A stretch of DNA of 64,000 nucleotides, taken from NCBI GenBank assembly GCA_026936335.1, contig JAPMXV010000012.1:190831-254830 (forward strand), read 5' to 3'. Position numbers and translations under genes: made by a program. Every line of letters starts with the position of its first letter. The stretch's first letter is position 1. The notes under the pieces are model-generated. The model searched no databases. It saw only the letters and a list, made by a program, of their open reading frames with translations, and had not been told where the DNA came from. Of the stretch, positions 20,701 through 32,471 are shown piece after piece. This DNA comes from Mantamonas sphyraenae STR306. Taxonomy: Eukaryota > Protista > CRuMs.

Positions 20701-21925
20701 GGCGGCGATTGCGGCGCTGCAGACGGAGATTGCCGAGTTTAGCAGCGTGAAGCTCAAGGCGCAGCAGTACAAGGTGGACTCGCGACAGGCGGAGCTGGAC
20801 ACGTTTGGCAGCCAGATGACAAAGGCGCGCGTGACCATTGGGGCCAAGGAAAAGAAGCGCACGCAGGCGGAAGAGGCAATTGCCGCGGCTGAGGCGTCGT
20901 TGGAGGAGGAGAAGGCCAAGATGGAGGGGATCAAGAAGGAACTGGAGGAGATGGAGGAAGAGGCCATTGCGGTACACAAGCTCCACGCCGAGGCCAAGAA
21001 GCGCCTGGAAGCCAAGCAGAGCGAGCTGGAGGAGATGCGCGCAGCGTTTGGCGGGCAGGAGAAGGCGATGAATGCACTGCGTGCGCAGGAGGTGGAAGCC
21101 AACGCAGCGCTGGAGGATGCAAAGCGCATGGTGCGTGAGCAGGAGAACAAGATGAGCCACTGGAAGAACAAGCTGGCGGAGCTGGAGCAGGAGTGTGCCG
21201 GCGAAGAGGGCGACTGGTTCCAATGGTACGACGAGGAGGCGCTGGCCGAGTTTGACGCGGTGCTGCTGAACGCCGAGATCACGGCGGCCGAGGACAGCAT
21301 GGCCGAGATGAACCCCAACCTGGCAGCCATCAAGGAGTACCAGGCGAAGGAGGCAGAGTTCCAGAGGCGTTCGGGTGAGCTGGACGAGGTGACGGAGAAG
21401 CGAGACGCAGTGCGCAAGGAGTACGACGACCTGCGCAAGCAGCGCCTGACGACATTCATGGGCGGCTTCTCGACCATCACGATGAAGCTGAAGGAGATGT
21501 ATCAGATGATCACACTGGGCGGCGACGCGGAGCTGGAGCTTGTGGACTCGCTGGATCCGTTCGCAGAGGGCATTGTGTTTTCGGTGCGTCCGCCCAAGAA
21601 GAGCTGGAAGAACATCAGCAACCTGAGCGGTGGCGAGAAGACGCTGTCGTCGCTGTCGCTTGTGTTTGCGCTGCACCACTTCAAGCCCACGCCGCTGTAC
21701 GTGATGGACGAGATCGACGCCGCGCTGGACTTTAAGAACGTCAGCATTGTGGCCCACTACATCAAGGAGCGCACCAAGAACGCCCAGTTTGTCATCATCT
21801 CGCTGCGCAACAACATGTTTGAGCTGGCCGACCGCCTCGTGGGCATCTACAAGACGGACAACACGACCAAGAGCGTCACCATCAACCCCAACAAGATGGT
21901 GGTTCCCCTGAGCGAGGCCAACTGA
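17774..21925 (+). CDS. SMC4: Condensin subunit SMC4; introns 17981-18155 and 18363-18497; 2-nt frameshift at ~20210
   Basis: ENFKSYAG..GPFHK, VVGPNGSGKSN, NRFLILQGEVEQI, hinge GRLGDLG, SVRPPKKSWKNISNLSGGEKTLSSL, PTPLYVMDEIDAALD. Confidence 0.97.
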
Positions 21926-21973
21926 GGAGTGGATGGGATTGGGATTGGGATTGGGAACAAATGGACGAGATTG

Positions 21974-22947
21974 TCAACCTTCTTGTCGGCGCTCGCCGGG
22001 CAGGCTCTTGCGGTCTTTGGCGGCGATGCGTTTCCTGCGTTTGGCCATGTAATTGTCCAGCTTGCCCTCCTTCTTGAGCTGCTCATACTTGGCAATGAGG
22101 TCGAGGCGGCGTTCGTCGCTCTTCTTGAGGTAGTACTTCTTCTTGCCCGTCTTGGCAGCCAGCTGGTTTTCACGCTGGGCAAACTCGCGGCGGCGTTGGT
22201 CGCGTGCAAGGAGGGCATTGTGGCGGTCGAGGTCCTGACGAAGGACCAGCACTTGTTGGCGCAGCTGCATTCGTTGGGCTTCCTTCTTCTTGTTGCCCTT
22301 GAGCTTGCGCATGCGCTTCTCCAGCGCCTCCAGCTGCTTCTCTTTCTGTTCCCATACAAAGGCGTAGCGACGATGCACGACGGCCTTGTCTACAGAGGCG
22401 TTTGCGTCAAGCGAGGCCTCGAACCGCGGATCCCGCACCTGGCGCTTCTTGACCTCAACCACCTGGCGCAGATTGCGTGGACGCACCTTGGCGCTGATTT
22501 CCACAGGACTGGAGAGTGTGTGAGACGGGGAGAGTGGGTGGTGATGGCAACGGGGTGAGCATGGGACGACGGCCTGGGCCGAGGCATGCGAAAGGGGGAA
22601 ATCCGTCTGCGAACGGAAACGCACGCCTTTGAGTCCTTGCGCTTCTTTTTCTTCTTTGGAGGCTGCTTGGTGGTTTGTTTGGAGGAGGAAGGGAGCTGCT
22701 GGTCGTCGTTGTCGTCGTCGTCGTCCGAGGAGTCGTTGTCGTCGGAGTCTGAGTCTGAATCAGAGTCCGAGTCATCCTCGCTTCGACCACGCTTGAGCTG
22801 TTGCACTGCCTTTTGGGAGCGCTTGCGTTGCTTTGCAGCTTTGGTTTGCTGCTTACGCGTTGTTTCCCGCCGCCTCCTGGAGGTTTCGCTGGCCGAGTCC
22901 TTCATGCGGGCCTGGAGCTCGGCAAAGGAAAGCTCGTCGTCGCTCAT
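21974..22947 (-). CDS. RRP36: rRNA biogenesis protein Rrp36 (DUF947); intron 22509-22624
   Basis: LSFAEL, APVEISAK, RDPRF, RYAFV, GKKKYYLKKS, KYEQLKKEGKLDNYMAKRRKR. Confidence 0.9.
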
Positions 22948-23002
22948 TGGAATGGTTTGCATTGGATGGCGAGAGTGTGTGCATTTCTGCTTTCATGTCT
23001 CA

Positions 23003-25477
23003 TCAAATGGAATTGCCCAGGTCCATGGCGTCGACTTGGTGGCTGTCCATGGCACTGTGCTTGCGGAGAAGGGCCTTGATGTCGCGCGGGCCGAGACGCC
23101 AGTGCGAGCCAGCTGTGTCGGCCAGGAACATCTGCACACTTTCCAGGCTCTCAAACGTAAGCAATTCGGCCATTTGGGTCAGCTTGGCAAACTTGTCGCG
23201 CACGGTGCGGCTTGTCTGGGATTCAAAGAAGACAATGAGGGTGCGCACGTCCTTCTCCAACTGCATGCCTCCCAACTGGCTGAAGCGCTTCTCCAGAATG
23301 GTCGTTTCGATGTGTGTGGCCAACGCCTGCATGAGTTCCACAAGGAGGGCGTCGAGGTTGTTTTCGGTGAGGAGGGGCCGGAAGCGGTCGAGGAGAGTGC
23401 GGAGGACGTGGACCAGGTCTTCTGCAAAGGGATCGTTGGCCTGGAAGTGTTCGTACTCGTCTTTGCTGCTGATGTTGTAGTTTGTGGAGGCGAGGGCGCG
23501 GAGAGCAGGCTGCAGGTCCTTTTCCAGGGCACGTGCAATGGCACGCAGGTTCTTGGCGAGCGCGTTGCGGGCCTCGTCGGCACTCTCCGTGAGACTCTCC
23601 AACGAACTCTGCACCATCAGGCTGTTGGACGACTTTGCAAACATGCCCAACGCAGTCTCTTTGATCTGCGATTGAAGCATGATTGCGTTGCGTGCACAGA
23701 CATCCATGTTGTTGAGCGGCACCAGTGGATTGTGCAGAGGTCCAGCCGAGGAATCGCCCGAGGGGTCACCTCCGGCACCGGCGTTGCTGTTGTTGTTGTT
23801 GCTGTTGTTGGCGGAGGAGGAGGCGGAAGAGGCAGAGGCAGCCATGGACATGACGGCAGAGACGACATTGCGTGCGCGAACGGCGGTTTGCTGGGCGGCG
23901 AGGAGGTCGCCTGTGATGAGCATGTTGACATGGTTGAGGATGGCACACACGGTGACGGCGTTGTGAGAACGGAGGGCGCGAAGGATGCACTCGCGAATAA
24001 TGAAAAACGAGAGATCGACCATGGGGGAAGCCATGCTGTCGTCGTCCGCGACGAGGGTGTCTTCGCGGATGATTTTGCGCACACTCTGCACCATGTAGTA
24101 CTCTTCCAGGGAGACGTACTGGCCCACCAGCTCCTGGATGCAACACTTGAACTCGGAGGGCTTCTTGGCCGAGGGCATCTCGCCTACCATCCCCTGCACG
24201 ATCTCTGCACGCGACGGCAGCCCCAGAGGCGACTCTTCGGCCGCGTCTGCACGTTCCGCCTGCCCTGCCTCTGCACGCAGCTTCTCCTGCAGAGCTTGCA
24301 TCTCCATCTGGCACTTGGCCACCACAAACTGGTCGTACTTTTCAGCGTCGTCGCTCATCATGACAATCTCTTCCAGGAGCTCGTCCAGAGTGCGAGGGTC
24401 CACCACAGCGTCGCCTGCCATCCCTCTGTCCTGGCCACTGCCGCCTCCGCCTCCGCCTCGTCGCGTGTTTGAGCCAGCTCTGCGTGCACGCTCAATCTGC
24501 TCCATGAGAGTGTCCAGACGCTGTTTGTCGCGAAATTTGTTGACTATGACGGTGGCATGCACGTTGCACTGTGCTTGCAACTGCTGGATGATGTACAACA
24601 TGGCACCTGGGCCAAACTCATGGCGCACGGTGGGTTCGAACCCTTCGATGATGGAGGCAATGTGGTCCAGGAGGTCCTTGAGCACGGCGCCGTGGTTGCT
24701 ACTCAGGTCTCGCTGGTTGTTCAATGCGTCCTCCTTGACCTGCGCACACAGGAACTGACTGAGCTTTTCCAAGCCGTCCCTGCAGCGACCGACCTTTGGG
24801 TAGAGTGCCGTGAGCTGGAGCACACGCTGGGCGTTGCCGGCAAAGGTGGAATCGGAAAGCTTTTTGTCCAGCATGGCGTCGAGTCGCACACGTGCGCGCT
24901 TAAGGACGGCAATGTCTGCGTCGTCGTTGGGTGTGTCTGCATGCTCGGCATTGTCCTTGTCGTCGACACTGCTTTCTTGCTGCAGCAGAGCGTCGTCAAA
25001 GGCGAGGAACTGGTGGATGTAGCGTACAGCAGCCTCCAGATCCTCCACCTGAAGGGCAGTCTGCACGCCAGAGGCACAGGACTTGAGATCGAGCATGGCT
25101 CGCACTTTGGCGGCTGTGTTTTGCACACGCGACTGGGTGGCGTCGAGTTCCCGCACCTTGTTGGAAATCTTGTCCGCCAGCTGGGAGGTCCCGCTTACAG
25201 TGACGGCAAACTCGGCGGCGTCGTCCAGCAGCGACTCGAGTTGAGGAGCAACGGCCGCGACAACCTGCATTTGGTCTGTGAGTTGCTGTTGTTGCTCGAG
25301 GAAGGCGGCCAGACGTGCTTCGCTTGCACCTTGGGCTTTCATGGTCAGTTCCAGCTGAGCCTGGATGTCCTCGAGCGTCTGCAAGGAGCTCAGTGGCGGC
25401 AGAGTGGAGGCACTAAGCCCTTGTGGAGGTGGTTGTGGAGAAGGTGTCGGGGTGGTGGTGGAGGAGGAAGAGGACAT
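23003..25477 (-). CDS. COG4: Conserved oligomeric Golgi complex subunit 4
   Basis: ISNKVRELDATQSRV, EAAVRYIHQF, YVSLEEYYM, MVDLSFFIIRECILRAL, RFSQLGGMQLEKDVR, RDKFAKLTQM, WRLGP. Confidence 0.95.
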   Translation of the reverse strand: MSSSSSTTTPTPSPQPPPQGLSASTLPPLSSLQTLEDIQAQLELTMKAQGASEARLAAFLEQQQQLTDQMQVVAAVAPQLESLLDDAAEFAVTVSGTSQLADKISNKVRELDATQSRVQNTAAKVRAMLDLKSCASGVQTALQVEDLEAAVRYIHQFLAFDDALLQQESSVDDKDNAEHADTPNDDADIAVLKRARVRLDAMLDKKLSDSTFAGNAQRVLQLTALYPKVGRCRDGLEKLSQFLCAQVKEDALNNQRDLSSNHGAVLKDLLDHIASIIEGFEPTVRHEFGPGAMLYIIQQLQAQCNVHATVIVNKFRDKQRLDTLMEQIERARRAGSNTRRGGGGGGSGQDRGMAGDAVVDPRTLDELLEEIVMMSDDAEKYDQFVVAKCQMEMQALQEKLRAEAGQAERADAAEESPLGLPSRAEIVQGMVGEMPSAKKPSEFKCCIQELVGQYVSLEEYYMVQSVRKIIREDTLVADDDSMASPMVDLSFFIIRECILRALRSHNAVTVCAILNHVNMLITGDLLAAQQTAVRARNVVSAVMSMAASASSASSSANNSNNNNSNAGAGGDPSGDSSAGPLHNPLVPLNNMDVCARNAIMLQSQIKETALGMFAKSSNSLMVQSSLESLTESADEARNALAKNLRAIARALEKDLQPALRALASTNYNISSKDEYEHFQANDPFAEDLVHVLRTLLDRFRPLLTENNLDALLVELMQALATHIETTILEKRFSQLGGMQLEKDVRTLIVFFESQTSRTVRDKFAKLTQMAELLTFESLESVQMFLADTAGSHWRLGPRDIKALLRKHSAMDSHQVDAMDLGNSI

Positions 25478-25525
25478 GCGGGGGAGGGTTGTGTTGTGTG
25501 GGTGTGGGCGGGAGGTTCAGTCTGT

Positions 25526-28500
25526 TCATTCCTGTTTGGGGTCGTCCTCGACGTCCTGCGCCTCCCATTCGTCGTCGTCGTCATAATTGTCATAGTCTTC
25601 ATCGTCGTGTTTGGCGTTGGCGGCGGCTGCAGGGGCATCGGTGTCGGAATGGGACGGAGAGGAGGACGGGGAAGCGGGGCGTTCCACATCGAGGTGCAGC
25701 AAATCATCATCGTCATCGTCATCATCATCGTCATCATCATCATCGGCTTCGTGTGTGTCATTGTGGGCATCTTCTTCAGTGACGTCGACGTTGTTGCTTG
25801 CCACGTCCTGCTGGTCTTCGTCGGCGCTGCTGATGGTGCTGAGCGTGTCGTTGTGGTCTCCAATCTCCTCGGCGAGGGCGGCGGCCGCAGCTTCGGCGTC
25901 CTGTGCAGCCTGTCGCTTCTTTTCGTTGATGAGCCACTCATCGAGCATGGCTTCGTCCTGGTCTTCCTCGTCGTTGAGTTTGCCCATGCGCATGGCCTTG
26001 CGCTCCTCCTCCTGTTTGAGCTGCTGCTCGTGCTTGGCCTTCTCCAGGGCGGGTGTGTCGAGGTCGTACTTGTCGCCCTTGTTGTCGTGTGTCAGCACAA
26101 GGTACTTGTTGAAGCGTTCGATGGTCCCCTTGGAGGTGTCGACGACGGATGGGTCGCCGGCAAACTCGTCGTCCAGTGTAAACTCCTGTGCGCCGCCTGT
26201 CTCCTCCAGCTTGCGGACGTAGTCTTCGCCTGGCACGCTGCGTTCGAGCCAACGCTTGGTGCGGTCTGGTTCGGGCACCCATTCGCTCTGCAGGACCACC
26301 TCACGCTGTTCGAGTGACAGCTCGGGTTCCCAGTTCATGAGCTCGCTGGCGGTGCCACGGGAGCTACGCAGGACAGCTGTGGTGCCTGCGCCCAGGATGT
26401 CGTCGGGCATGGCGAGGGTTCGGCCTCCTGCATGAGCGAGTCCAGCTCTTTGACGGAGAGGATGTCCTGGTGGCTGATGCTCCAGCGACGCGCCACCTGT
26501 GCCGAGTCCACCTTGACTGTGAGGTGGTCCTGGGCACGCCCACGTGGCGAGCGCTGGTTATGTGCATGCGGTGGTGATCCGTGCGCAGAGGGTAAGGATG
26601 AGAGCGACGACGACGATTGGCCGTGCTGCTGCTGCTGCTGCTGCTGTTGATGCTTCTGTGCCTGTCGTTGCTGACGTGCCACACGACGTGACTCACGTGC
26701 CTCCTGCCTGCGCACTTCCTCTTTGATTTGCAGCACCTGCGACAGGGCCGCGTTGCGTGCGGGCGAACGGACGGCAGCCGACCCCGCGGCCGCGGTGGAG
26801 TTGGCACTGCCGATGCGCTTCATGCGCCGCCTGCGTCCACCGGCCCCTGCCTGTGAGGAACCCGTGGAACTGGCCGTGGCGGTGCTTGCTGAGCTGGCTC
26901 TGCTGCTGGCACTGGTCACTTTGCGTCGCGTGGTGCTCCTGCGTGTCTGCGGCTGCTGCGGCGGTGCCTCGTACTCGTTGCCTGTGCTCGTGCTGAATGC
27001 AGACTTTGGTCGTGCGCGTGCGGTGGCACTGTTGCCTCGCGACCCCTTTCGCGAGGAAGTGTCCCCTGCGCCCGCCGCCGCCGCCGCCGACGCTGGCCGT
27101 TGTTGTGTCTTGTGTGCGCGTCGTGTGCGTGTGCTGCCGCTTTTGGCTCGCTGGGCTGTGGCAAACATGACGCTGCGGTCTTTCGACCGTGCCTCCCGTG
27201 TGCTCGGTTTCTCGTGGTCCTGTTCCTTCTGGTGGCCGCCCCTGTCGTCCTCTTCGTCGGAGAACAGATGCTGAAGCTCGTCCTTGTCGCTGCCGTCGCT
27301 CGACGACATCTTTGCCAGCTCCCGTTCCAGCAGCGACGGTCGTTTCTTTTTCTTCTTCCGCTTCCTTTCTGCCTTGTTGCCATCGCCGCCGCTGCTGCTG
27401 CTGGGCTGTGGGGTGGGCGAGGACGACGGATCCGACACAGACGTGGCTGTCAATTCCTCCTCTTCGGTGCTGTGTGACGACGACTGGCCCTGCTGCACAT
27501 TTCTGTGGTCATTGTTGCTGTTGGTGCGCTGTTTCTCCTGCGACGCAGCTGCAGCACGCTCCTTTGCCTCCGCTTCTTGTTCCTGGCGGATCAGCTCTGC
27601 ACGTTGCTTCTGCCACCTGCGTTCCTCCTCCTCCCGCTCTCGCAGCTGCTGGGCCACGTTCTCCAACTCGGCTTTGGCCTCGCGCATCTTGCGAAGCACT
27701 TCCTGATCCACATTGGGAGAGTGGACCATGAACGCCAGCGCGTCCGTCATCTCCTGGATCTGTGTTGCCACAAACTGCACACAAGGAGGGGGAACGTTGG
27801 GTCAGCACACGCGATGGAGTTGGAAGGCATGGCAAGGGGCCAGGGGCCAGTGCATCTGTTGGATCACTTACGTCTGGGTTGAGCAGTACTTTCGGGTCGG
27901 TTTCGATCTCGTCGTCAAAGTCCAGGTCGTCCTCTTCTGCGTGCCGGCGTCCTGCAGCGGCCGATCTGCCACGTGACTGTGTGCCCGAGTGACGTGGCTG
28001 TGACAATGTGTGTCGTGATGCACCGTGCGAGGGTGGCTGGTGTCTGTGTGTGCCTGCCGAGGCGGCGCGGCGCGAGAGCAAACGGTCTCGATTGTCTTTG
28101 GTGTGGCCCAGAGAGGTCGCAGAGCGTGCGGGTGGTTCCCGACTCCTGCGCCGGGCTTCGGTGTCCCGTGCATACGAAGCCGTCTTTGGTCGGCTGCGTC
28201 GTCTGTGGGCAGGGATGGCGGGTGTGAGCGGGTACGCGCGGGTGCGAGGCGGGCTTGGCTGCAACGGTCGGAGTTTCCGGAGGCCGTAAAGGCCAGGAGG
28301 GAGATGGCATGCGTGTTGGAAGCACGGAAACACGGGTACAAGTCAGGTGGAGAAGCAACGCACTGGAGTTTGTCGTTGTATGGGCTGTCCTTGGGTGCCG
28401 AGGGGCCTTGGGAGTGGCGTGCGCGTCGGGCCTTGGCCTTGCGCTTCTGCTTGAGACGCAACTCGTGCTCCTCACGGTGCAAATTGGTGGTACGTTGGGG

Positions 28501-28719
28501 CCGCTCCACACGCGTGTCTGAATTCCAGGCCACGCGCTGTTTGCGCTCTGCAGCTTCGAGAGCGGCCTGTCGCCGTCGCCGAGCCGCGGCGCTGGCACCT
28601 GCACTCTTTGCGCGTGGTTTGGAGTCTGCAGAGTCGCTGCTGCCACCGGCGGAGACTCTGCGACGTGGACGTGCAGAGACGACGCGCCCTGTGTACAGGT
28701 CGACCACGCTTTCGCTCAT
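25526..28719 (-). CDS. Large uncharacterised low-complexity/coiled-coil protein; at least one intron (~27776-27870) and a frameshift near 26420
   Basis: Successive ORF pieces MSESVVDLY..., ...EEDDLDFDDEIETDPKVLLNPD|GTAAGT, CAG|FVATQIQEM... and MPDDILG...DPKQE. The junction near 28260-28360 is unresolved. Confidence 0.6.
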
Positions 28720-28756
28720 GTTTTTGGGGGCGCCGGCGCAGACAAAGCAAGGGCAG

Positions 28757-31700
28757 ATGTCGTCTTCGGGGGCCCAGGACGCCGAAGAATGGAACGGGCA
28801 TCTGGCTCCGTTTGGTAAGGAAGGGGAGGGGCAGGAAGAGAGGAGGTGGAGGAGGAGGCAAAGAGATGAAAGGCAATGAGAGAGCACTGACACGTTCCGG
28901 GGGGTGGGATTTGCACACCCAGGCGGTACGGTGTTTCGCAACCGCAGCAACAAGCCGGTGGAGGTGGATGTGCGACAGAGCTTCCGTGTGGAAACGTACT
29001 CTTCAAATGGAGAGTCGTGTCGGCAAGGCGGCGTACGCTTCCGGCTGGACGTGTTGTGCGATGCCCACGCTGTGGATGTGGAGCGCAGCGTGGAAGACCA
29101 CGGGAACGGCTCGTACACGTTTGCATGGAGGCCTCCGGCAGCAGGACGATACACCCTGCAGGTGGTGAGCAGTCCTGCTCTTCAGATTTACGACGACGTG
29201 TTTCAGGTGACGGTGGTGCCGTGTACGTGGAGGGCGAAAGGGAGTTGGTGCGACAACCGGGCAACGGCTAGCGCTGGAGCCGCCGCTGACACACCGACGT
29301 GCGCGCCGGACGTTTGCACACACACAGCGAACCGGCCAGCACACAGTGCGACGGTGTTCCCATCGTTGAGTGGCAAGGCAGGCGTAGAACAAAAGTTTGT
29401 GATCCAGACCAAGCAGAGCAACGGGGAGAAGTGCCTTTCGGGCGGCTGCGACTTTGTGGTCAACGTGGTGCCTCTGGACGAAGACTACAACACAGACTAT
29501 CCAGATCCGTATGTGACGGACCGATTCAATGGCACCTACGAGGTGCGCTGGATGCCGCTGAGGCCAGGCAAGTACCGGGTGAATGTGCTGTGCGACACGC
29601 CGACGGTCGAGAAGATCTACGGCCAGCAAAAGCTGACGGAGATCGAGCCGGGAGACGTGGACGCGTCGCTGTGCACAGTGGAGCTGCTGGACACGGAAGT
29701 GTACACGACGCAGGAGCAGTTCTTTGAAATTGTGGCGCGGGATGCGTTTGGCAACGAGTATGGCAAGGGTGGGACGGAGTTTACGGTGAGCGTGCGGGGT
29801 CCCTCGGGCAAGGCGCTGTCGTCGATCGAGCTGGCCGACCAGGGGGACGGCCACTATGTGGTGTCGTATCTGCCGCGGCTGGCAGGCAAGTACACGTTCC
29901 GGATTACGATGGAAGGGGTCGAGGTGCGGGACTCGCCCGTGACGGTGCGTGCGGTGCACCCTCCGTTTGATCCGTCCAAGACGCTTGTGAATGGAGAGGT
30001 GGACGACCAAAACGTGGGTATGGACACGCTGCGTACGGGAGTGGTGAACAACGACGCCATGTTTGTGATCCAGGCCTGCAACTGCTTCGGGGTGCCAATG
30101 CGCAAGGGGGGCCTGCAGTTCTACGTGCGTCTGTTGGGCCCCATCACATACCGTCCGCAAGTGGTGGACAACAACGACGGCAGCTACACGGTGCGATATG
30201 CGCTGCCTCTGTCTGGTCACTACCTGGTGGTGATCCGTTGTTCGGGCGAGGACATCCAAGGATCGCCGTTTGCGTTGAACGTGGTGCCCAGCAGCATCCA
30301 TGGGGAATCATGGGTGGCAGGAGGCACAGGAATCTTTCATGCGACGGCGATGGTACCGAGCGAATTTGAGCTGCTGTACGCAGGGGTCAACGCAGACGAC
30401 AACGACTTGGAAGACATCCGACCGGAAGACTTGGACCCAAAGTCCAAGATACACTCGCTGCAGGGGATTGCACACGCACATCGGTTGGGCAAACAGGTGC
30501 GCAGCTTTTCGCTGTCCGGGCCAAGCGGAGGGGGCAGCGGAGCGGGCGGGGGCAGCCCGAGCGCACCGACATCGCCGCGACTGTCGCTGTACCGCAAAGG
30601 ATCGTTGCCCGGGGACGCAATGTCGCCTCGGGTGGGTGTGGGAAGCGGAATGGGCGTGGGAAGCGCGGGGCAGGAAAGTGGGGAGGTGTTGAGCCCGCGC
30701 ACGTCGGGTGGTGGGCTTGGAGGCACGCTGACGACATCCACGTCGACGTCGTCAACGAGTGAAACGTGGTCTGTGGCAGGATCGACAACAAGCGGATGGT
30801 CGTCGAGGCGGAGCAAGAGCACAGTGGGCGGAGGAAGCGGAAGGCGTCGGAAGAAGCGGGCGCCACCAGACATCCCGGAAGTGTATTCGAACGGACGGAG
30901 CAGGGAGCACATTTTGTCGCGAGGAGGCGTGGATCAGCCTTCAGGGGAGGCCGAGAATTTTGTGGTGAAGCTGGATGGGCCGATTCATGTGACTGGGAGC
31001 GTGGTGGAACGCAAGCAGGGCGGATACAAGGTGAAGTACACGGTGCCGACGTCGGGTGACTACACGCTCAAAGTACTGTACCGCAATGCGCCTGTGTACG
31101 GGAGCCCGTTCCTGGTGCACGTGGATGCGGTGGAGGTGGACGCGCAAGCGTGCACGGCAGAAGGGCGTGCGTTGCGTGTGGGCGTGCCCAAAAAGGCGAT
31201 GAAGTTTACCATCCAGGCACGGGACCACAAGGGCAAGCGCATCAAGCACGGCGGACAGAACTTTAGCGTGGCGTTGAACGGACCGTGTTCTGTGGCCGGA
31301 GTGGTGGAGGACAACGGAAACGGAACTCACACGGCGTCGTACATGGTGCCTGCCACAGGAGCGTTCCAGCTGGCTGTCAAGTCGGACGGGGAGCACATCC
31401 AGGGATCGCCATTCCAGGTTTCCATCAAGCCGTATGCGGAGCGGGAGCTGGACGTGTTTACGCTGGGCGGGAAAGAAGAGGAGGGTGCAGGGAAAGGCAA
31501 GGGCAAAGGAAAGGGAAAGAAAAAGAAGCGAAAGGGAAAGGGCAAGGTGGAACGGGCAGCGAGTGCCGATGTTCGCCGGAGCAGCGGCAGCAGTACGAAC
31601 CAACGGCGGCCGAAAACATCGTCAGCCGGGAGCACCGAGCAGTTGCGTGCAAGTATGGGCTCGCGCGGAGTGGTGTTTGCGTCGCGGAAGAAGCGCGTGG

Positions 31701-32374
31701 AGCAGGAGGCGAGGCGGCGTGCGTCGGAAGGGTTGGGCCGCTCGACGGTGTTTGACGTTGCGGCAGGCAGTAGCAGCAACAGCGCAGGAGGAGTGTCTGG
31801 GGGACGAAAGAGCAGCACACGAAGCCGCAAGAGCAGCAGCAGCAGCAGCAGCGGCAAAGGCCGGCGTGGGAGCGGGAAGGAACCCGTCGTTCGCACGATG
31901 CATTTTACGAGTGCGTTTGTGGAGCACTCGGGAGAGTATGTGGAAAAGGTGGAGGTGAACCTGGAGTTCCAGGTGCAGACGAGCGAAGCGTACGTGCAGT
32001 TCAACGACGAAGAGCCGGAGTACCTGCCTGTGCTGACGAACGTGGAAGGCGACGCTCTGGAGTGCTGGGATCTTTGTGTGGGCACGAGTGTGGTGCTACA
32101 CGGACGGGTAGTGATGCTGACGAGCGCCAACCGGGCGACGGTGAGGTGGATCGACTATCAGGCGGAGCGTCTGATGGACATGAAGGAGAAGCTGCGACGA
32201 TCGCTTGCCGGGCGGCAGCTTGCCTTGACGCGGCCCGGGTTGCGGCAGAGCACAAAACGCACGGGCGGCGTGGTGAACCTGCGCACGCTCATCACAGAGG
32301 TGGACGAGCTGCGGGAGGAGTTGGCGCTTTGGGATCCGCAGCGGTCGGAGGCGATTGTGCGTGGATTGGTGTGA
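28757..32374 (+). CDS. Filamin (Ig-like ABP280) repeat protein with a C-terminal DM10-like domain; introns 28815-28922 and 29223-29327
   Basis: About six repeats of the type D.G.G.Y...Y.P...G.Y.......G..I.GSPF. C-terminal LECWDLCVGTSVVLHGRVVMLTSANRATVRWI. Confidence 0.85.
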
Positions 32375-32471
32375 TGGAGTGTGTGGTGATGACGGGAAAT
32401 GGATGCATTTGTACAGAAAATAGGGTGAGGAGGATGTGGAGGTAGGGGTTTGGAGGGAAAGTCACTGTGGG

